DNA of 64,000 bases, from positions 29,450,001-29,514,000 of the forward strand of contig OX597815.1 of the NCBI GenBank assembly GCA_951406725.2, written 5' to 3'. Below the pieces are notes generated by a model. It did no database searches. It was not told where the DNA came from and was given only the letters and a program-made list of their open reading frames with translations. This document shows, piece after piece, positions 52,601 to 64,000 of the stretch; the first letter of the stretch is position 1, and each line of letters starts with the position of its first letter. The stretch comes from Octopus vulgaris. Lineage: Eukaryota. The position numbers and the translations under genes were made by a program.

Positions 52601-54109
52601 ACATACATACACATCATTATCATTTAATGTCTGTATTCCATGGTGGCATAGGCTGAAAGATCTGACAGGATCTGCGGTGCCAAAGGGCAGCATCATGCTC
52701 CATGTCAGCTTTGGTATGGCTTTTATGGCCAATGCCCTTCCAGATGCCAATCACTTTAGAGTTTGTACAGGTTGTTCTTTTTGTGCCACCAGCACTGGTG
52801 GAGTTGCAAAGTAACCTGCAAGACAGGAAAGGACAAGAAAACGAAAAGCCCTCTTGACTAAGTGGTAGGAAGTGGTGGTGGTGGATATTTGAGAGAGTGG
52901 GGAGGTGATTTTTTATGCCAGGGTCAAACAGAGGTGTCTTGATACAGAAAAGATACATGACAATCCTACATTTATATGAAGATGAGTGAGAATATCTGGG
53001 GAAAAGGTAAGAAGGTAGTGATGGGATGCCAGAGTAAAACCCTCAAGAAGCAAGAGATGATATTGGCAGTGGACCAGGAGAAGCAAATATAAAAGTGAAG
53101 GGAGAGTACCAGATGGTTAGAGATGGGGGTAGAGACGAATGTAATGAGTGATGAATGGTAGTGTAGGTGCAGCTTGCTGGAAAACATTAGTATGGTGGGG
53201 GGGGATAAGAGAGACAGGTATGACTATTCAGAGAGCTAGATGAGAAGTTAGATATGGAAGCGGAGGTGGATGAGGAAGTGGTGTCTTGCTGTAGAGGAGA
53301 TACGTGGTTAACACTGTGCTAGGGCATACTCTTAAGGTACGGGAATGAGAATATAAACTAGATAGTAGAGCATTGCTAAGGGTGCTTGAGTAGGGGTTTC
53401 ATGTGAATGCAAAGAAGGGAGAAGGCAGAAAATGCAGTGACTGGTGAAACCTGGATATATAGAGGTGGGTACAACAGCATAGCAATGATACAGTGGGCAG
53501 GGCAGTAAGGATAGGATTGGGCAGCAGAAGTGGAGAGGGAGAGGTAAGCATAGTGCATGAAAAAGAGGAAATGTGAAGAAGAGAAGAGGAGATGTAGTTT
53601 GGTTAATGGGGGTTGGGTGCGTGAAAAAGTTTAATTTTACATATGGGTGGAACACATGGCACTTCCAAAACTTAGTTTTGCTGAGCTGGGTGGGTCTTCT
53701 CAAGAACCACCTATCGCCAGACATCTCAGTCCATTGTCATTTCTTCCACCAGGTCCAATATCCTGAGTTCAGTCCTTACTTCTTCACCTCATATTTTCCT
53801 GGGTTTCCCTTTTCTACAGTTGCCTTCTATTTTAAGTGATCAACACTTCTTTTTACAGTTGTCTTCATTGATACACCTCACATGTGCGAACCAGCATAGT
53901 CTTCTTTCTTGTATGCTGCATCTGTTTCCTCTTATTCCAAACTTTTCTCTCAGCCAGTTTACACTTTGTCTTTTATTATTATATTTTTGGAAACCATGTT
54001 AGGTCAGTGACATATCATCATCATCATCATTTAACGTCTGCGTTCACACATGCAAGCACGTTTGCATACATGTATACACACAGATATATATATATGTGTA
54101 TGTATAGTT

Positions 54110-54305
54110 AGTTAACCCAAACAAGAAAGCACAAAAAAACACAACAACGCAAGGACATGGAACAAATATAGTATTATTGGACGCTCAGGAAAGAAGGAGG
54201 GTTTAACGTTTCGAGCGGAGCTCTTCGTCGGAAACATAGGAGAAGGAAAGATCCAGAGAAGGGAAGACAGAGGAAAAAAAATCGCCAATGGTACACACGC
54301 GGTTA
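54110..54305 (-). mobile_element. Penelope-like terminal-repeat unit
   Basis: Homologous to 19408-19620 and follows a TA/TG tract. Confidence 0.7.
54201..54235 (-). ncRNA. Minimal type I hammerhead ribozyme-like motif (CCGACGA core)
   Basis: Minus strand: GUUU-CCGACGA-A-GAGC(UCC)GCUC-GAAAC-GUU-AAAC. Confidence 0.65.
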
Positions 54306-56361
54306 CTGCCTCTCTGCCCTGGACATTACACAATAGTTGTAAACGAATGTCATCATCATGCAAGTGGTGTCCTTTATTACTAATCTTCCATGAAAACAAG
54401 TGAGGGTTGGCAACAGGAAGAGCATCTGGCCATAGAAAATCTACCTCAGCAAAATTCTGTCCAACCCATGCTTGTATGGTAAAGTAGATTTTGAAACAAC
54501 GAAGATGATATTTGTTGGCAGTTAAGCATCTAAATATACTAAAAACAATATTAGCTAAATTGTGCAAATATTATGATAAATATTCACAGGAGATATTGCT
54601 ATCTTAATATCTGTATGAATTATGTTAGTTATAATATATTTAGATGTTTAACTGCACATATATTATATAATTAGCTCTGTCTTATAATAGAGAGCTCTCA
54701 TGACATTAACATTTAAGTATCAATAACAAGATTGTACACAATGTAAAATTTTTAATAATTTATTGATGTTGTCTTAAAAAGATTTTCTGGTCACTGGCCT
54801 TGTCAGAAAGATGAGGCTGTTGACTGAGAAAACTTTGAAATCACTGTCAACAAAATTATTAAAAATAGCTTGTAGTGAATCCTTTATTTAGTTAATGTTC
54901 AGTTTTTACGCTTACAAAAAGCTTTTAAAACATACACATACATACAGAAAAAACAGTCAGTGAAATTGCTCCATCGTTACCTACAGTTTTCTAAATACCC
55001 TCTCATACCTGCTGTCAATGCCCCATCCTCATCTTTGTTCATCAAGATGTACCTCTGATCTCCATCCCGTACATTTCTGTCTCTCCTTCACTCTCTCATC
55101 CCATTCATTTCCTTATTTTTTTCCTCTATCTAAATTTCTTTTTATGCTGTTCCCTACACTTTCTGTGTTGCCACTTGTCACCCCCTCCTTCTTGAACCAC
55201 TCCTATTTGTTTCATTACTCCCCCACTGATATTTACCACTGACCACACCACCCTTGTTCATCATTCATTGCATTCACTTCTACCTCCATCTCTAACCCTC
55301 TGTTACTCTCCTATCACACTCTAATTAACTTACCTAGCCACCCTGTTTATCTAATGAACTTACCTATCCACCCTGATCCCTATTTATATTGTATCTTGTA
55401 CTCCTCTTATTATGCTTTGAGAGTATGCTCTGACACCTCATCGTCCACATCTCTTATCTTCTTTCCAGCTACCATTATAAAATGGGTAGCCATGTATCTT
55501 CTCTATATGCCCATCTCTATCATATTCTAGCCTCTCAACAACTGCCGTAAAGCCATGTCCCTCTCTACTACACTCTCATTCAGTTGAGAGGGGTCTTTTT
55601 GTTTATCTTGCAAGTTACTTGACAACCTTATTAGTGCTGGTGTCATGAAAAAAATAAGTACTCTGTATAACGTGGTTGATATTGGAAAGGCATCTAGCCA
55701 CAGAAACCATGCCAATGCAGATACTGGAACTTGACACAGTCCTTTGACTCTTTGAATCCTATGCTAGCATGGTTGGATGGTTTGACAATATAAATGATAG
55801 TGATGTTGACGACATGCAAAATATGTGGCTGTAAACCTTCATAATATTGTGAAAGACAGTGAGAAATGTTAAGTCAGGTTGGTTCTCATTGGTCATGTGA
55901 TCAGGCACTGTTATCCACTTATTATTATTATTATTATTATTGTTGTTTTTGTTGTTGTACATTTATTTTAAAGCTGATTTCTGCAGGTTGTGATGTTTGA
56001 ATGTTTGGAAATTTTGGAAGTATTCCAAGAAGAATTTTTCTTAGTTCTTTCAATTCAACAAAAGTTCTCTGACCTCCACTTGAAAAACATCATATGTTGC
56101 TTCAGTATCAGTAATTTTCTGCCAGGCAAGATCATCAGTTCTGTTGGTCTTATCAACATACCATCCAAAAACAAAAAAGTACAGCTTTTGCAGTTGCCAT
56201 TCAGCCCTAGGTCAGCCTTGATCATGCAGAACTATGATCAAAAGTATTCCAGCTATAATCATCCCATCTTATTTAATCAAGGCTACATTATCCAATATAT
56301 CCTTTCTTTCCTAAGATTGTTCATATATAATACTTGTAATATTTGCTAAGTTGGAATAATA

Positions 56362-56544
56362 AATGGTTGTATACTGTCAATCTAACACGAACGTGATAGT
56401 AGGGGGTACACCTAATAAATGTATATAAGGACACAGGAAAAATGTGTCAAAGCCATCAGGAGGCGTCGATGCTTCCTAGGGCTAAACAGCGGTGGTGCAC
56501 CCCCTCCTGTCACGTTCATGTTAGAATGACAGTATACAACCATT
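56362..56544. mobile_element. MITE-like foldback with ~50-bp inverted termini
   Basis: AATGGTTGTATACTGTCAATCTAACACGAACGTGATAGTAGGGGGTACACC pairs with GGTGCACCCCCTCCTGTCACGTTCATGTTAGAATGACAGTATACAACCATT. Confidence 0.8.
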
Positions 56545-56969
56545 CTATCGCCCCACCACTGTACATGTCTCTACGAGAGATTTAGAAATTTAGTATTTCT
56601 AATAATAAATGATTAAACAGCAATATCTACAGCAGAGTATCAGAATGACCGAACAGTTAAGACAAACTATAGGCTTACTGTAGGATTTTTTCCCTTTGTT
56701 AGGTCACTACTTTTCATTCAGATGTAAAATCTAGTACAGTTGACAAATTTATTATTTTCTTGTATCTGATATAAGAATATACAAGTGCAGTAAGTTGGCA
56801 GGAATACAAAAGCACAAGACTAAATGTCATATAGTAGTTAGTTTCATTCCTGCATGCCATGAGTTCAAATGCTGCCTAGTTACTGTTAACAGTTACCATG
56901 GATTAGCCTTAGATCAGTTCAAATCAAAGGTGTTCTAACTGTGACAATATCTTTTTTGCATATTAAGGA

Positions 56970-57492
56970 CTCCGTGCTAGCGTGGTGCAAAGAGCACCAT
57001 ACGAGTGTGATCATTGACAGAGTGGCTAACTGGCTTCCGTGCCAGTGGCACTTAAAAGGCACCATTCTAGCGTGATTGTTACCAACGTCGCGCTACTGGC
57101 ATTCGAGCCCCGTGCTCGTAGGGTATTAAGAGCAGCATCCGAGCGTGATCATTGCCAGAGTGGCTACCTGGCCTTCGTGCCGGTGGCACGTAAAAAACAC
57201 CATTTGAGCATGATCATTACCAGCATTGCCTTACTGGCACCCATGCTGGTAGCATGTGTAAAAGATTCGAGCGAGGTCATTGCCAGTGCCGCCTGACTGG
57301 CCCCATGCTGGTGGCACGTAAAAGCACCCACTACACTCTTGGGGTGGTTGGCGTTAGGAAGGGCATCCAGCTGTAGAAACTCTGCCAGATCAAGATTGAA
57401 TCCTGGTGCAGCCATCTGGTTTGCCAGCCCTCAATCATACGTCCAAGCCATGCTAGCATGGAAAGCGGATGTCAAAAGATGATGATGATGAT
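56970..57492 (+). mobile_element. RTE 3' UTR copy with tandem subrepeats
   Basis: Multiple GTGCCGGTGGCACGTAAAA-type units, then the common tail and (GAT)n. Confidence 0.88.
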
Positions 57493-57994
57493 GAGGAAGA
57501 ACTATAGTGTCCTATATACAAGCTTTATTAAAGATGATAGTGCGCAAATTTTAGAGAGATTTGACTGCTATTGTTTAGCAGATAGAGTGATCACATAAGT
57601 AGCTCCTTCGTTGGCTTGCCTTTCTTTTCCTCTTATAGGTATCGTTGTTTAACTCAAGTCAGCTCTGGTCAAGATATACGATTAAAAACATTCCAACTAT
57701 GACCATCTTGTCTTTTTTCAGCTCCAAATTAACTGTCCAAAATCTCTCTCAAACCAATCAAGAGTGGTTTAAAAAATTTAGCTGCTATTTCTAGCAAGTT
57801 GACTGGCTATGTAGAAACACCTGCATTATTTCCTCCAATAATTTCCAGGGGTGGATTCCACTGACATTAATTCCTCTTGTCAAAAGTTAGCAGTTTGAAA
57901 TTTAGAATGTAGGTTATAAATAATTTAAGCCTATGTAACAAGTCTTTTGGAAAGCCCTTAAGGTGGCTGTGAAACAATAATATTATACTATTAT

Positions 57995-58690
57995 AATTCT
58001 TTCTAATTTTGGCACAAGGCCAGCAATTTTGAGTGGAGTGGGAAGTTGATTACATTGATCCCAGTACTTGACTGGTATTTTATCTTATTGACCCCAGAGG
58101 GATGAAAGGCAAAGATGACCTCTGGGGATTTTAACCGAGAATATGAGTCTTAACAATTGTTGCTCAAAATTTTTGTGTGATGCCCTGACAATTCTGCCAA
58201 TCCAACACACTTCCAACAATAACAACAACAATAATCCTTTCAACTAAAGGCACAAGGCCTGAAACTTATGGGGAGGGTACTTAATTTATTGACTCCAAAA
58301 GGATGAAAGGCAAAGTCAACCTCGGTGGAGTTTGAACTCAGGATGCAGAGATGGGCAAAATACTGCTAAGCATTTTGTCTAGAGTGCCAATGATTTTGCC
58401 AGCTTGCCACTTTGCATAATAATATTAATATTACTAATAATAATAATAACAATAATAGTAGTAATAGTAATAATGGTTTCAAATTTTGACACAAAACCAG
58501 CAGTTTTAAAGGAGCGGGCAAGATGGTTATATTGACCCAGTTTTCAACATGTACTTATTTTATGAACCTGAAAGGATGAATGGCAAAAACTGACCTCAGC
58601 AGAATTTGATCTCAGATAACAAAGAGTTAGAAGAAATACTGCTAAGTATTTTGTCCAACTCACTCTCAATTCTACCAGTTTGCCACCTTT
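57995..58690 (-). repeat. Cluster of decayed family-B-related SINEs separated by (TAA)n
   Basis: Three units containing GGATGAAAGGCAAAG..GACCTC, the reverse complement of the family B core. Confidence 0.7.
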
Positions 58691-58691
58691 G

Positions 58692-58732
<41 letters not shown>

Positions 58733-60044
58733 GGGCATCCAGCTGCAGAAACTCTGCCAGATCAAGATTGGAGCCTGGTGCAGCCATCTGGCTCGCCAGC
58801 CCTCAGTCAAAATCGTCCAACCCATGCTAGCATAGAAAGTGAACGTTAAACGATGATGATGATTATTATTATAATAACAATAATAATAATCACAACAGAA
58901 ATAGTTGAATTTCCACAAAATTCTGCAGCTGATGTGAAGACTTTGTAAACTGTTATCTCTGACAATTCTGCCAGCAGAACATTTATTGTGGTTAATGTAG
59001 TCCGTGTTAAAACGACTTGCTCTTGGGCTATTCTTACTTTAGTGGCTCAATCCAAGAGCTTGCGACACTAAAATCTAATTAATACCAACAAAGGCATAAT
59101 ATTTACTTAATAAAGGCTTTCAATGATGACCTCCTACAAATCTGTTAGGTTAATATATTTGTAGGGTTAATAATATATTTGTAGGGTTAATGAAAGTAGC
59201 AGCTTTTCTTTGGTATTAATGAAATAAAAATAGAGAGGCTATTTTGCAGAGATCTGGTATGGAATAATTAGCTTTATATCTGATGATGACGATGATAACA
59301 GGATTTCTAATATGATTAATAATAAAAAATTTCAAATTAATATTAATGGGAAAACTTAAATTATAATTCTTTCCCATGTTTTAGACTAAACAGAAGAAAA
59401 TCCTTTACACTGGATAACTCAGATGAGTAATGTAATTTGAACTACTTTCGTTAGTAGTTGTTACATGAATACATAGGTGAGGACTGGGTATCAAAAGGAT
59501 CAGTTCTGTGAAGAAAAGTAGGGTACATAGTTTTTGAAAGATGAGAGACCGTAAGAAAGACAAGGCACAAATAACTGTATTGAGTTGGTGATTGTTGTTC
59601 AGCCCAAGGTCAGCCTTGATCAAGCAACGTTATGGTCAAAGAAAGCATTCCAGCCATGACTATCATATAGTTTTAGGGGTGAATGAGACTGCACTGTCTT
59701 ATGTGTCCTCTCTTTACCTGGTTGGATATGATTTAAAAGAAATTTGTCTGCTATTTCTAGCAGGCTGAACATCCATGTAGAAGCTACTTTGCTGGCTTGT
59801 TTTGAGTTGGTTTGGGATGTAGATAACAACTTACATAGGAAAAAGTAGTATTAGAAGAAACAATGGGAAAAGACAGCTCATTGATAAACCTGTGTTTAGG
59901 GAATGGAATGTTGGAGAATAGGGGTTTATCTATTAAGTCAAAAGCTTTGTCAGTGCAGTCTTAGTTCACCATCTCAGATGTGGAGCAAGTTTGTCACCTG
60001 AGCAATGGTTTTAGTTACTCAAAGATGAAATATTAATAAATATA

Positions 60045-62400
60045 AGAGTGTTTCATGTTGCAAGACAGTATATGAGAGAGAATCATGATGTCATAGGAGA
60101 GAGAAATGTGTCTGCATGGATGATGGCTCACTTGCATTTAATGAGGCTGCAAAGAGAGAGACTTGGAGATGCCGCTATGAAAGGTTGCTAAATGAAAAGA
60201 ATGAATGGGATAAAGAGAGTCTGCCAAATGTCGACCCAACAAAGAGACCAGCTATCTGAATTGACAGTATGTTGGTAGATAAAGCAATTAAGGGTATGAA
60301 GACAGAGAAAGCCCCCCGGCCCATCAGGAGTCACCGCAGAGAAACTTAAAATATCTAGCGGTGTAGGCTATAGTCTAGTCACCTGTATAGCCTATCAGGT
60401 GATACATGAAGGAGTCATACCCACAGTCAACTGCTATAAAGGTAAGGGTTATGCATTAGATACGAATAATTACAGAGGTATCAAGTTGTTGGATCAGGTG
60501 ATGAAAGTCACGGAGAGGGTCATAGCCCAACTAATTAGGGAGAGAGTTAGTTTGGATGAGATGCAGTTGGGGTTTGTGCCAGGGAGAAGCACCACTGATG
60601 CTATTTTCAGACAGCTGCAGGAGAAATACCTTGCCAAAGATAAATCTCTGTACTTGACTTTCATTGATATGGAGAAAGCCTTTGACAGGTTTCCCGATCC
60701 CTTATCTGGTGGTTAGTGTGGAAACTAGGTATAGATGAGTGGTTAGTGAGAGCTGTACAAGCTATGTACAGGGATGCTGTCAATAAGGTGAGGGTTGGCA
60801 ATGAGCATAGTGAAGAATTTCGGGTAGGAGTAAGGGTCCACCACAGATCAGTCCTCAGCCTCCTCTTATTCATCATAGTACTCCAGGCAATAACAGAGGA
60901 ATTCAAGACAAGATACTTCTGGGAGCTCCTCTATGCTGATGACCTTGCTCTAATAGCTGAGTCACTATCAGAACTAGATTAGTTTCAGGTGTGGAAGCAA
61001 GATCTAGAATCGAAGAGTCTTAGAGCCAATCTAGCAAAAACCAAAGTCTTAGTAAGAAGAAACAGACAAATCACAAACCCTTTCAAGTAGATGGTCCTGC
61101 TTGATCTGTAGAAAAGGCATAGGTAGAAACTCCATAAGATGTACCCAGTGTAAGCTATGGACACATAAGAGATGCAGCAATATCAAAGGAAGGCTAACTG
61201 GGAAGATAGCTTTTGTGTGTGGCAAATGCACAGGGGCAATAAACACTGACAAAGTGCAGAAAACAGTTTCCGTCATATGCCAAGGGGAAAAACTAGAAGT
61301 AGTTGATAGCTTTTGTTACCTAGGTGACCAAGTCAATAGCCAGGGTGAATGCTCTGAGAGCATTGTCATTAGAATAAGAAGAATAGCCAGGGACAAAGTT
61401 CAGAGAGCTCCTACTTCTGCTGGTAACAAAGGGCTTCTCACTCAGAGTGAAAAGTAGACTGTATGATGTATGTGTGCTAACAGCCATGCTACACGGCAGT
61501 GAAACATGGGCTGCGACTGCTGAGGATATGCGTAAGCTTGCAAGAAATGAAGCTGGTATGCTCTGCTGAATGTGTAATGTCAATGTACATACATGACAGA
61601 ATGTAAGCGCCCTGGGAGAAAAGTTGAATATAAGAAGCATCAGATGTGTGCAAGAGAGATGACTGTGCTGCTATGGTCATAAGTTGTGTATGGAGGAGGA
61701 CAGCTGTGTGAAAAAGTGTCACACCCTAACAGTGGAGGGAATCTGTGGAAGAGGGAGACCCAGGAAGACCTGGGACGATGTGGTGAAGCATGCCCATCGA
61801 ATGTTGGGCCTCATGGAGGCAATGACAAGTGACCATGACCTTTGGAGATATGCTGTGCTTGAGAAGACCCAGTAAGTCAAGTGAGACCATAACTGTGGCC
61901 TATGCCAGTGTCACATAACCAGCCCATTTAAGAGTACTCTTCAATCATTGGGCAATAAACTGTGCTTGAGAAGATCTGTCAAGTCAAGTGAAATCATTGT
62001 TGTGGCTAATGCCAGTACCTCCTGACTGGCACGTAAGAAGCACCATTCAAGTGTGGTCAATGCCAGTCCCACCAGACTGGCTCCTGTGCCAGTAGCATGT
62101 AAAATGCGCCATACGAATGTGGTCGATGCTAGTGCTGCCTGACTGGCTCCCATGCCGGTGACATGTAAAAAGCACCATTCAAGCATGGTCGAAGCCAGTA
62201 CTGCCTGACTGGCCCTGTTGCTGGCAGCATGTAAAAAGCACCTACTACACTCTCGGAGTGGTCGGCATTAGGAAGGGCATTCAGCTGTAGAAACTTTGCT
62301 AGATCAGATTGGAGCCTGGTGCAGCCTTCTGGCTTGCCAGTCTTCAGTCAAACTGTCCAACCCATGCCAATGTGGAAAGCAGACGTTAAATGATGATGAT
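60045..62400 (+). mobile_element. 5'-truncated RTE-like LINE with decayed RT, PHD finger, repetitive 3' UTR and (GAT)n tail
   Basis: YKGKG..NYRGIKLL, QLGFVPGRSTTDAIF, FIDMEKAFDR, WELLYADDLAL, FCYLG, HGSETWA and GRGRPRKTW motifs; stop at 61873-61875. Confidence 0.95.
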
Positions 62401-62609
62401 AAGACAAGTTCAGTATAATATAATATAGAATATAAGTTGATGCTCTAAGTCTATTCTACTATGTTGCAAGCAAAGTGTTAAAAACTTCCTCATTCTCAAA
62501 CATCTTAGACTGCACCCAGAAAAGGGTCACCCAAGTGGTAGACACTTTATGTTGCTTCAGCCTCTTGCCCAGAAGCATACTGTCACCTCTCTCTGCATTT
62601 TCTAGCACT

Positions 62610-63668
62610 ACTCTAAGAATTCATATTTCCTCCATCTAAATGATTTTGAAAACTGCAGCATAAATGATAATCAGATGGAGCAATGTCCGGTGAATACGGT
62701 AGATGGGGCATCGTTTCCCACTCAAACTGCTTCAGCCTTTGGAATGTCTTCCTCGCTGTATGTGGCTGAGTATTATCCTGATGGAAGAACACCATTCATC
62801 TTGAAACCAAAGATGGTTGTTTTTCTTCTAGTACTGAAGTTGCCACTCAAGTTGTTCACATCAGATCTCCTTTATTACCGTTTGGTTTGGGTTTAAAAGT
62901 TTAAAGTGAACTAAACCTTTCATATTTCACCAAACAGATAAAACCTTATGTGGGTAAAGACCTTCTTTAACCTGGGTTGCTGAGGTTTCTCCTTTCCCTA
63001 TCCACTGTCTTTGGCACTTGACATTTTTATAGAGAACCCATTTCTCATCACCAGTCACTATTTGGTCCAAAAAAGGTTCATTCATGAGCTGTGAAAGCTA
63101 AGAAGAACACACATTCACAATCTGTGTGCGATTAGACTGGGAAAACTTGCGAGGAACCCAATGACCCTATTTGTTGACTTTTCCGATAGCACACATGTGT
63201 CGATGAGTGGTTGAATGACCAAATCCAAGCTTCTCTGCTAGTTCCTCAACAGTTACAATGGGGTTTTGTTTTACCAAGGTTTGCAGAATGTCCTTGTTGA
63301 GCTCTATAGATCTTCCAGGACTAGGTTCATCTTCTAAGCTGTAGTTTTCAGCTTGGAATTTCTGGAACCACCGTTAATAGTGGCTTATTATACTTATTGT
63401 CTGATCCCCATATATGGCATTAATATTCCTTGCATTTCCCATTGCATTGTTACCTTTATTGAACTCAATGCAAAATGTGCTGAATATGCTCCATTATAGC
63501 TTTGAAAAAATAATTTAAAATCGAACTGCACTTTTCAAAAGTTGCACTAAGAATAAGGACAAGGTAAAATTGCTACCTGCTTTTATAGTAAGTTGATGCA
63601 GGTAGTTTATCCTGCCCCACTTTAACTTTTGAAATTGAAAAATCTGCATTATTTATGGGATGACCCAA
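62610..63668 (-). mobile_element. Decayed mariner transposon, 3'-truncated
   Basis: TIR TTGGGTCATCCCATAAATAATGCAG next to (TA)n, plus WVPRK, VTGDEKWV, FFHQDNTQPHTA and HLPYSPDIAPSDYHL motifs. Confidence 0.92.
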
Positions 63669-64000
63669 TATATGTATGTGTATGTGTATTTGCATATATA
63701 TATATATATGTCTGGAGGGATGTGGCTTGGTGGTTAAAGTGTTGGACTCATGATTGTAAGATTGTATTTTTGATCCTGGACCAGGTGATATGTTGTATTT
63801 TTGAGCAAAATATTTCATTTCATGTTTTCCCAGGGGGAACACGGAAACTGGGCCTATGAGTCTATATGACTCAGGAAAGATCTTTACCCTTTTTTTTGAT
63901 ATATATGTGCATGCACAACCACACACACAATGGGCTTCTTTCAGTTTCAGTCTACCAAATCTACTCACGAAGCTTTGGTCAGCATAGAGCTATAGATTCA

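Noticed and set aside
55321-55376. 30-bp tandem duplication (similar small ones near 47800 and 59150)
   Set aside because: Ordinary slippage duplications with no further structure.
56970-57330. Repeat-spacer-like array resembling CRISPR (also 28288-28530 and 62010-62240)
   Set aside because: The spacers are themselves homologous, the context is eukaryotic with no cas genes, and the array is an RTE LINE 3' UTR.

Overview
AT-rich, repeat-dense eukaryotic DNA with no host protein-coding exon I can support, so it is probably intergenic or part of a very large intron. The repeat families resemble those of octopus/coleoid cephalopod genomes; this is an inference from repeat style, not a database match. 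The window holds decayed mariner transposons and their MITEs, several RTE-clade LINE relics (one with a PHD finger inside its reverse transcriptase), many 5'-truncated RTE 3' tails and at least four SINE-like families. It also holds Helitron pieces, TTAA-type MITEs, R4/Dong, CR1 and Merlin relics, and many microsatellites. Almost all short ORFs in the supplied track are microsatellite or repeat noise. The most interesting signal is non-coding: four hammerhead-ribozyme motifs in small Penelope-like units set in (TA)n tracts. One is a complete type I hammerhead closing a ~30-bp hairpin at 22.24-22.33 kb. Two are a tandem pair of minimal, dimer-type motifs at 19.25 and 19.52 kb, and the fourth is a solitary copy at 54.2 kb. 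The 22.27-kb and 54.2-kb motifs, from different repeat families, share a non-canonical CCGACGA core. Coordinates were read by eye, and the boundaries of decayed repeats are approximate.
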